Below are positions 36,249-42,721 of a DNA stretch of 42,721 nt, in pieces. Numbering within the stretch: position 1 is the stretch's first letter; every line of letters begins with the position of its first letter. The stretch is from Actinomycetota bacterium (GTDB taxonomy: Bacteria > Actinomycetota > Actinomycetes > JAKEEW01), in assembly GCA_046725875.1 (NCBI GenBank), contig JBKOZJ010000013.1, positions 1-42,721 of the forward strand. Reading direction: 5' to 3'. The notes under the pieces are model-generated. The model was not told the DNA's origin. It made no database searches and saw only the letters and a program-made list of their open reading frames with translations. The translations under genes and the position numbers were made by a program.

Positions 36249-37063
36249 CGTGCTCCCTCCATCTGGTACGCCAGGGCGGCGGCGACGACCGCGTCTTCGA
36301 GATCTTGTGGGGGCTTCCGCTGCCCCGAACCGGCGGGTTGTGGATGCCACTCTCGCCACGTTCGTCCGCGCCGCCAGGCAAGCGCGCGGTTGGCCGGATT
36401 TGTCGTCTCGACGACCTCGCCAGGCGCTGCCGCAACGACATCCTCGGGTGACCCGAACAGGAGCGTGTGACCCGCGTCGAGAACCAGCACGGTGCTGGCC
36501 CGCTCCGCCTCATCGAGGTACGTCGTGGACAACGCGACTGCGGTGCCGCGCGCCGCGGCCTGCGCAATGAGTCGCCACAGTTCAACGCGGCTGACCGGGT
36601 CGACGCCGGTGGTGGGCTCGTCGAGGACAAGCAGGGCGGGCTGGTGCAGCGTTGCCATCACGAAGGCAAGCTTGTGCCGCATGCCGCCCGAGAGCCTGCC
36701 GGCGAGACGATCGGCGGCCGCGGACAGACCCGTCGCCTCGAGCAGCATGGACCTGCGCTGGTCAAGAACCTCCCCGCGAACCTCGTACGCCTCCGCCACG
36801 AACTCGATGTTCTCCGCCACGGTAAGGTCGCGGAACGTCCCCGTCGCCGTGGGCATGGACCCAATCTCCCTCAAGTCGGGGTGCTCCACCCGTCCGCCGG
36901 TGGGCGCGATCGCACCAGCGATCGCCCGCAGCAGCGACGTCTTACCGGCACCGTCGCCGCCGACGACCGCGGCCACCTCGCCCCGCGGAACCGGCAGGGT
37001 CACCCCGGACAGCGCGGGTCGGCCTTCGTAGCTGACGGTGAGGTCGAACGCACCCCAGGTCAT
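36245..37063 (-). CDS. ABC transporter ATP-binding protein
   Basis: GGDGAGKTS, LSGGMRHKL, LVLDEPTTGVDP and STTYLDEAE. Confidence 0.92.
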   Translation of the reverse strand: MTWGAFDLTVSYEGRPALSGVTLPVPRGEVAAVVGGDGAGKTSLLRAIAGAIAPTGGRVEHPDLREIGSMPTATGTFRDLTVAENIEFVAEAYEVRGEVLDQRRSMLLEATGLSAAADRLAGRLSGGMRHKLAFVMATLHQPALLVLDEPTTGVDPVSRVELWRLIAQAAARGTAVALSTTYLDEAERASTVLVLDAGHTLLFGSPEDVVAAAPGEVVETTNPANRALAWRRGRTWREWHPQPAGSGQRKPPQDLEDAVVAAALAYQMEGAR

Positions 37064-38118
37064 GGCGCCGCCGCCCCGGTGAGCTCTGCCGCCTCGCCGG
37101 CGGTGTCGTGTCGATGGGCCGGCGCAAGATCCCGACGGAATCGCAACATGGCGAGACCGAACACAACAGCAGCGAAGATCGCGAGAGCGATAAGTGGGAG
37201 GGCGAGTGAGTCGATCGGGGCGCCCCGCAGCATCACTCCGCGCGAGACCATGACGAAGTAGGTCAGCGGCAGCAGATAGCCGATCCAGCGCACCCCGCTC
37301 GCCATCGATTCCAAGGGGAAGATCATCCCGGAGAGCAGAATCTGCGGCAGCATCGTCATCAACGTCAGCTGGATGGCCTGACCGGGAGTCTCCGAAACCG
37401 TGGAGATCAGTACGCCGACACCGAGGACGACGAGCAGGAACAGCGCTGAACCGAGCGCGAACAGCGGCACCGACCCTGCGAACGGCACGTTGAAAATCCA
37501 CACGCCCAGCAGGGTGATCAGCGTCAAATTGAAGGCCGCGATCAGCAGGTAGGGCGCCACCTTCCCCACAATCACGTCGCTCGGTCGGAACGGCATCACC
37601 GCTAGCTGCTCGAGCGTACCCGCCTGGCGCTCCCTGACGATGCCCAGGCTGGTGGCCATGGTTCCGGTGAAAACAAGGATCAGACCGATGATCGCCGGGA
37701 TCATGACGTAGGAGGTTTCGAGGTCCGGGTTGAAGAGATTTTCGATCGGGATCGGCTCGCGCGCGCGGCCGAGCGCCGAGTTGGCGGCCTGCGCCATGAA
37801 GAGGTTCGAGCCGTCCACGAGCGCCGTGACGTTCTCCTGAGCGACGATGACGACGTCGGTGTCGCCGTCGCGCAGCAGGTCGCGGCCGTCCGCCTCGCCG
37901 TCCGACGGACGCACGGAAGTAACGTCGAACGGATCCCGAAGCTCACCCGCGACTTGCTCGGCCCGAGGTCCGACCACGGTCGTGTCGATCCGGTCCACCC
38001 CGAAGTCAGCCGCATAGCCGAAGATCACCAGCAGGAGCAACGGCATGATGATGAGCATCGCGACGGTCCGGCGATCTCGACGCAGCTCCCGGAATTCCTT
38101 CTTGATCATCGCAAGCAC
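37060..38118 (-). CDS. ABC-2 type permease (YbhS-like)
   Basis: KKEFRELRRDRRT, FNPDL, RERQAGTLEQL and LLSGMIFPLESM. Confidence 0.92.
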   Translation of the reverse strand: MLAMIKKEFRELRRDRRTVAMLIIMPLLLLVIFGYAADFGVDRIDTTVVGPRAEQVAGELRDPFDVTSVRPSDGEADGRDLLRDGDTDVVIVAQENVTALVDGSNLFMAQAANSALGRAREPIPIENLFNPDLETSYVMIPAIIGLILVFTGTMATSLGIVRERQAGTLEQLAVMPFRPSDVIVGKVAPYLLIAAFNLTLITLLGVWIFNVPFAGSVPLFALGSALFLLVVLGVGVLISTVSETPGQAIQLTLMTMLPQILLSGMIFPLESMASGVRWIGYLLPLTYFVMVSRGVMLRGAPIDSLALPLIALAIFAAVVFGLAMLRFRRDLAPAHRHDTAGEAAELTGAAAP

Positions 38119-38150
38119 GGAGGCACCTCCAAGACTGCCGACCAGGCGTA

Positions 38151-38168
38151 ATTCATCTTAGGGTGAAT
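38151..38168. promoter_or_regulatory. Imperfect palindrome ATTCATC-TTAG-GGTGAAT, repressor-operator-like
   Basis: AT-rich inverted repeat about 33 nt upstream of the permease start. Confidence 0.5.
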
Positions 38169-38335
38169 ATACTCCTACGCTAGGCGAGAGCGAGCGCTTC
38201 CGCTACGGCTCATCCGGCAACGGCGCAGCCCCACTGCAACCAGAGGGGTTGGCCGCCCCATGCGATCCCTGCGCTATCAGGGCGCTATCCGGATAACGCA
38301 AGGATGGGGAGTGCGCTATCCCGCTCACAGAAGGG

Positions 38336-38719
38336 ATGACTCCTATGGCCGCCCTCGGCTGGCCGTCCTGGATCGGCGTCGTGGCCGATGACCTCGCTCG
38401 CCAGCGCCGGTTCTATCGTGAGATCTTGGGGTTTACCGAACTCGCCAAAGGCCCGGACTGGGTCCAGTTCGATCTAGGAGGATCGCGTCTACTCGAAATC
38501 GTGCAGCGAAGCGAGCAGCCACAATACGACAAGGTTCGTTACCAAGTCGGGTATGCGGTCGAGGACATTGAGGCAGCTCGTGAGCAGCTGATCTCACGCG
38601 GCGTGCAGTCCATCAGTGAGCTCGAGGGCGACGCCTCGGCGGGCGGCCGATGGTGTTACTTCCTGGACGCCGAGGGCAACGTGTTCGAGCTCAAGGAGCA
38701 TCCTCGAGTAGGACCTTGA
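38336..38719 (+). CDS. VOC/glyoxalase family protein
   Basis: RRFYREILG, VGYAVEDIEAAREQL..RGV and YFLDAEGNVFEL. Confidence 0.88.
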   Translation: MTPMAALGWPSWIGVVADDLARQRRFYREILGFTELAKGPDWVQFDLGGSRLLEIVQRSEQPQYDKVRYQVGYAVEDIEAAREQLISRGVQSISELEGDASAGGRWCYFLDAEGNVFELKEHPRVGP

Positions 38720-38744
38720 CCTCCCGGAAGGACAGCAAAAGGAC

Positions 38745-38865
38745 CTACCTGCCTGGTCCAACGAGCAGCTTGGTCAGGAGGGTCCGCAGCTCCGCGAGCC
38801 CGTCACCGCCGAGGGTTTGTAGCACATCGGCGTTGAGCCGCTGCGATACCTGGTGTGCGATGGCG
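38745..38865 (-). pseudogene. C-terminal fragment resembling a MarR-family regulator
   Basis: AIAHQVSQRLNADVLQTLGGDGLAELRTLLTKLLVGPGR*, with no HTH upstream. Confidence 0.45.
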
Positions 38866-39094
38866 ACACGTCGGCGATCTACACGGTCAGCGGATCGGCG
38901 CCGACGCTAGGCGATATCTGCCGTGGCTGCTCGATAGCGCGAGCCCCGAGCGTACGGCGTTCGTACTCGGCCGGCTACCCGAACAGCTGCGCGTCGCTTA
39001 CCGAGACGAGCTGCGCGTCGCTTACCGAGACGAGTGGCTGCCGGCTTACGCGCGGCTGGATCTGTGGGGCAGCACGGACCCTGCCGCCTCCTAG
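38865..39094 (+). pseudogene. C-terminal fragment resembling actinobacterial hemerythrin-domain proteins
   Basis: HGQRIGADARRYLPWLLDSASPERTAFVLGRLPEQLRVAYRDE...WLPAYARLDLW. 5' part missing. Confidence 0.45.
38987..39034 (+). repeat. Perfect 24-bp tandem duplication (LRVAYRDE x2)
   Basis: ctgcgcgtcgcttaccgagacgag at 38987-39010 and 39011-39034. Confidence 0.95.
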
Positions 39095-39209
39095 GACGCA
39101 CTCCCCTGCACGGGATCTTCGCTATCATCTGGATCTCCGGCCCAGGGGGTGCAGTGGCCACGTATTCCGCTATCAGGACCGACCCCGTGCCTTCGCGCGC
39201 GAATCTGTG

Positions 39210-39932
39210 ATGGCCGCGGCCTTCGGCTGGGGCGCGCTTGGCGCTTCGGCATTGCTGTTGGGCGCGGTCGTCGCCTACCGGCTCGCGCCGACCCGTGCCG
39301 TGATAGCTGTCGTGATGGCGCTGGGAAGCGGCGTACTGATCGGCTCGGTCTCCTTCGAACTCATCGACGAGGCCCTTAAGACCCGTACGGTCGCCGCGGT
39401 CGCCTTGCTGGTTCTGGTCGGAGCGGCCGTCTTCACATTCGGCGATTGGTTCCTGATCCGCCGTGGTGGTGGCGAGCGCAAAGACCCCACCGGCGCGCAA
39501 GCGGAGGGGTCGCCCCTGGCGATCGTGCTCGGCTCGATCCTGGACGGCATCCCGGAGTCGTTCGTACTCGGCCTGACTACTCTGCAGGGCGGCGTCAGCG
39601 TGTCGCTGCTGGCCGGGGTGGCCCTCTCGAACTTACCCGAGGGCATGTCGTCCTCGAGCGGGCTCAAGGCGGCGGGTTGGCCGGAACGCCGGGTCGTGTG
39701 GATGTGGTCGGCCGTGGTCCTCGTCTCGGCTATTTCGGCAGCCGCAGGCTACGTCCTGCTGGACCCGGCTGGCGGCCGAACCGGCGCACTAGTACAGGCC
39801 TTTGCCGGCGGCGCATTACTGGCGATGCTGGCCGACACGCTGCTTCCCGAGGCGTACGAGGTCGAGGGCATCTACACCGGTCCACTGGTGGTCGCCGGGT
39901 TCGCGGTCTCGCTCGCGCTGTCGGCGATCTGA
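39210..39932 (+). CDS. ZIP-family metal transporter
   Basis: MALGSGVLIGSVSFELIDEA, LDGIPES, SNLPEGMSSS and LAMLADTLLPEAY. Confidence 0.88.
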   Translation: MAAAFGWGALGASALLLGAVVAYRLAPTRAVIAVVMALGSGVLIGSVSFELIDEALKTRTVAAVALLVLVGAAVFTFGDWFLIRRGGGERKDPTGAQAEGSPLAIVLGSILDGIPESFVLGLTTLQGGVSVSLLAGVALSNLPEGMSSSSGLKAAGWPERRVVWMWSAVVLVSAISAAAGYVLLDPAGGRTGALVQAFAGGALLAMLADTLLPEAYEVEGIYTGPLVVAGFAVSLALSAI

Positions 39933-40082
39933 CTCAGGGCATTCCTCCACCCAACCAGGACCGCGGAGACCGGCAGCGCGCCTCGCCGGAGCTTCGCTTA
40001 GGACGGTACGTCATCCCAGGGAGAGGCAGAACGAGTGGCCGGCCGGATCGGCTTAGACGACATCGGCGCCGCTAGATGGGAC

Positions 40083-41312
40083 CTACAGTTCGGTGAGGCG
40101 ACGCTGCAGGAGTCGCTGCTCGGGCTGGCCGGTTGGCGCCAGCTCAAGCGCCGCCTGGTAAGCGCGCCGCGCCTCGTCGCTGTGCCCGAGGCGGCGCAGG
40201 AAGTCCGCACGAGCCGCTGGCAGAAGGTAGTAGCCGCCAAGCGCGTCGGCGTCCAAAGCGTCCAGTGCCGCCAACCCAGCCTGGTAGCCGTCACGAAAGC
40301 CGACCGCAATGGCCCGATTCAGGGCGATCACCGGCGACGGCTGAGCGGCAAGCAGCGCGTCATACAGAGTCACGATCGTGCCCCAAGCGGTGGACTCAGG
40401 GGCCGCGGCAGTCGAGTGGCAGGCAGCGATGTGCGCCTGCAGCCGGTAGGGCCCAGGGGGACGTCCCGACCTTGCCGCACGACGGAGATGCGAATGCCCT
40501 TCGTCGATGAGCGCGGCATCCCAGCGGGTGCGGTCCTGCTCTTCCATTGGAACGAGATCGCCGTGAGCGTCGAACCGGGTGGCACGCCGAGACATCTGGA
40601 AGGCAATCAGTGCCAGCAAGCCGCGAGCCTCGTCCTCGGCGGGCATAAGGTCGACCAGGAGTCTGGCGAGCCGCAGTGCCTCGACGGCCAAAAAGTCCTC
40701 CGTCTGGCCGTATCCCTCGTTAAAGATGAGATAGAGCACGGCGAGCACTCCAGCCGTACGCTCGGCGAGCAGCTCAGCGGGTGGCACCCGATATGGGATT
40801 CGGGCGTTGGAGATCTTTCGCTTAGTGCGCAAGAGCCGCTGAGACATGGTCGGTTCCGATACCAGGAACGCCCGCGCGATCTCTGCGGTGTCCAGGCCCG
40901 CCACGGTCTTCAAGGTCAGTGCGACCTGGCCATCCAGGGGCAGTGCCGGATGGCAGCAGGTGAAGATCAACCGCAGGCGGTCATCGGACTCGGGGTACCC
41001 CCAACGGACACTGTCGTGCTCGATCTCGTCCATGATCGCGCGTTGTTGGAGTTTGGCCCGCTCCGTCTGGCGGCGGCGCAGTACGTCGAGGGCGCGGTTG
41101 CGCGCGGCCGCAGTTAGCCACGCCGCCGGCGAGCGTGGCATTCCCTCCCGAGGCCAATGCACGAGGGCCCGCTCGACCGCGTCCTGGACGCAGTCCTCGG
41201 CCAAGTCCCACTCGCCCGTGACCCGGATGAGGCTGGCGACCATGCTCGTCCGTTCGGCTGCCACGACCGAGGTGATTGCCTCGGCCATGGCGCTGTCCGC
41301 ATCGATGCTCAA
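40083..41312 (-). CDS. ECF42-type sigma factor with DUF6596/TPR C-terminus (start TTG 41312 or ATG 41288)
   Basis: DLAEDCVQDA, DDRLRLIFTCCHPAL, YLIFNEGY, EQDRTRWD, GPYRLQA and SPVIALNRAIA. Confidence 0.92.
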   Translation of the reverse strand: MSIDADSAMAEAITSVVAAERTSMVASLIRVTGEWDLAEDCVQDAVERALVHWPREGMPRSPAAWLTAAARNRALDVLRRRQTERAKLQQRAIMDEIEHDSVRWGYPESDDRLRLIFTCCHPALPLDGQVALTLKTVAGLDTAEIARAFLVSEPTMSQRLLRTKRKISNARIPYRVPPAELLAERTAGVLAVLYLIFNEGYGQTEDFLAVEALRLARLLVDLMPAEDEARGLLALIAFQMSRRATRFDAHGDLVPMEEQDRTRWDAALIDEGHSHLRRAARSGRPPGPYRLQAHIAACHSTAAAPESTAWGTIVTLYDALLAAQPSPVIALNRAIAVGFRDGYQAGLAALDALDADALGGYYLLPAARADFLRRLGHSDEARRAYQAALELAPTGQPEQRLLQRRLTEL

Positions 41313-41653
41313 ACCTCGTCCGTTTGGAATGGGCGAAGCTCGAGCTTGCCCCCGTTGGCCTGCGGGTGTCGCGCGGCGATCGCGATCGCCTCGTCGAGGT
41401 TGTCGCACTCGAGAATGTCGAAACCGGCGATCCACTCTTTCGACTCGGTGAATGGCCCGTCGGTAACGAGCAGTTGGCCGCGGCTGACCCGGACCGTGGT
41501 TGCGTCGCTGACCGGGCGAAGAGCGTCGCCGGTGATTCGCTTACCTCGGCTGTCGACCTCGGCCAGCCACTCCTCGATCGTCAGGTCGTCCTCTGATGGC
41601 TCGGCTCCGGCAGCCGCGTCCGGGTCGGCCACGACGAACATCATGTATCTCAT
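41309..41653 (-). CDS. YCII/DGPF-family protein
   Basis: ATTVRV...VTDGPFTESKEWIAGF...ELRP. Stop overlaps the ECF42 start. Confidence 0.92.
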   Translation of the reverse strand: MRYMMFVVADPDAAAGAEPSEDDLTIEEWLAEVDSRGKRITGDALRPVSDATTVRVSRGQLLVTDGPFTESKEWIAGFDILECDNLDEAIAIAARHPQANGGKLELRPFQTDEV

Positions 41654-41693
41654 GAGACTCCTCATCCCGGCTGGGTACTGCTGACGAACATAC

Positions 41694-41721
41694 GACGATC
41701 GGCGAGTCGGCCGATCCGACA
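41694..41721 (-). promoter_or_regulatory. Candidate ECF42-type promoter TGTCGG-N17-TCGTC
   Basis: Minus-strand motif about 40 nt upstream of the DGPF gene start. Confidence 0.5.
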
Positions 41722-41802
41722 GCCGGACATGCCAGCAGGGCGCGGAGATGGGTCGTTCTGGCGCCGGATGTCGCTGAGCCGAGCCGCCTACGATGCGACG
41801 GC

Positions 41803-42153
41803 ATGGACTTCGACCGCTACACCATTGTGCTGCTGGTGACCCCAGACCACCCACCGCAACTCTCGGAAGAAGAGGCCGACCGGCTCCAGGACGCACACCT
41901 GAGCCAGCTGGCCGACCTGCACGACCGCGGCGTGCTGCTCGCCGCCGGCCCGCTTGGCGACCCGAGCAGCCAGCGGTACTACCGCGGCCTGTCGATCCTG
42001 CGCTGCGAGCCCGACGAGGCGCTGCGGCTCAAGGGCGAGGACCCGGCCGTCCAGGCCGGCGTCTTCGAGCTGGTAGCGCTGCCGTGGATGCTGCCGGCTG
42101 GCGCCATGCACTTCAGCCGAACGACATTCCCGCGGTCGACCGCCGACGTCTAA
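41803..42153 (+). CDS. YciI-family protein
   Basis: LQDAHL..L...G.LLAAGPL, RGLSI and DPAVQAG. Confidence 0.85.
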   Translation: MDFDRYTIVLLVTPDHPPQLSEEEADRLQDAHLSQLADLHDRGVLLAAGPLGDPSSQRYYRGLSILRCEPDEALRLKGEDPAVQAGVFELVALPWMLPAGAMHFSRTTFPRSTADV

Positions 42154-42429
42154 GCCTCACGGTCACACCGGAACCACTTGTCGAGGTCGGGGTCCCATCG
42201 CGGCAGATTGTCGCAGTCTTGCCTGGCGGCAGATCGTGACGCGACGCCGAGAGGCGGAGCAGGCCGACGGGTTGCTCCATTGCCATCCTTGACGGGTGAC
42301 AGACGCGCACCCACCAGCGCAAGGCATGAGCGGCGTCTCGCTAGGGACCCGGGCGCACCGCCTGCCGAGAGGCACTAGCCCGTCGGTGAAGCGCCCTCCT
42401 GCTCGGCGTGGTCCGAATGGAGATTGCCT

Positions 42430-42721
42430 TTACCGAACAGATCCCTGGCCGGCGACGAGCGCGGAGAGCTTGTCGAACGCGACCTTCCACCCCGCCTCGG
42501 CAGGGCCGCGACCCGCGGGCGGATAGGGCCCGTCGCTGAGTGTCATGCGGGTCTTGGCGCCGTGGTCGTGGAACTCCACGCGCACGACGGTGGGCTCATG
42601 CATGCCCATCGCGGGCATCGGGTCGGAGCGCAGCACGAGCAGCTCGGGCTCCACCAGCTCGATGATCTCGTAGCCGATCGCGAACTCGCCACCGCCGCCG
42701 CGCTGAATCATGATTAGTTCA
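42430..42721 (-). CDS. SRPBCC/AHSA1-domain protein, 5' end outside window
   Basis: EIIELVEPELLVL...TVVRVEFHDHGAKTRMTL...GWKVAFDKL. Confidence 0.8.
   Translation of the reverse strand, partial: ELIMIQRGGGGEFAIGYEIIELVEPELLVLRSDPMPAMGMHEPTVVRVEFHDHGAKTRMTLSDGPYPPAGRGPAEAGWKVAFDKLSALVAGQGSVR

Noticed and set aside
40083..42153. ECF42 sigma with DGPF/YCII genes as a novel system
   Set aside because: This is a well-known arrangement in actinobacteria.
1..42721. tRNA/rRNA genes, intact transposases, alkene monooxygenase or epoxyalkane:CoM transferase
   Set aside because: None recognisable by eye. tRNAscan/Infernal/HMM searches would be needed to exclude them formally.

Overview
High-GC, actinobacterial-type DNA with three parts. 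(1) 1-8.3 kb is a decayed accessory region: the 3' end of a SigH/SigR-like sigma factor, relics of a tyrosine recombinase, FG-GAP repeat protein, EEP nuclease, TetR, alpha/beta hydrolase and epimerase, a partial duplicate of a nearby SDR gene, and a few intact genes. (2) 8.3-16 kb holds an ECF41 sigma factor, an ABC exporter with a two-component system, a small ORF and a putative nucleotidyltransferase toxin-antitoxin pair. (3) 16.26-34.33 kb is an intact 18-gene cluster and the main finding. It combines a nitrilase-less variant of the Nit1C/MSMEG_0565-0572 radical-SAM module, a gene set matching bacterial coenzyme M biosynthesis (ComA, two aspartase/fumarase-superfamily lyases and a D-cysteine-desulfhydrase-like PLP enzyme), an FdrA/YlbE/carbamate kinase module, a CoA-disulfide-reductase-like flavoprotein, OsmC, three unknown proteins and an XRE-cupin regulator with a recurring palindromic operator candidate. 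No alkene monooxygenase or epoxyalkane:CoM transferase is in the window, so this may be an undescribed CoM- or sulfonate-thiol-dependent nitrogen pathway (inference). The remainder encodes a GAP protein, an ABC-2 exporter, VOC, ZIP, ECF42/YCII genes and a truncated SRPBCC gene. All family calls come from motif recognition by eye; no searches were run.
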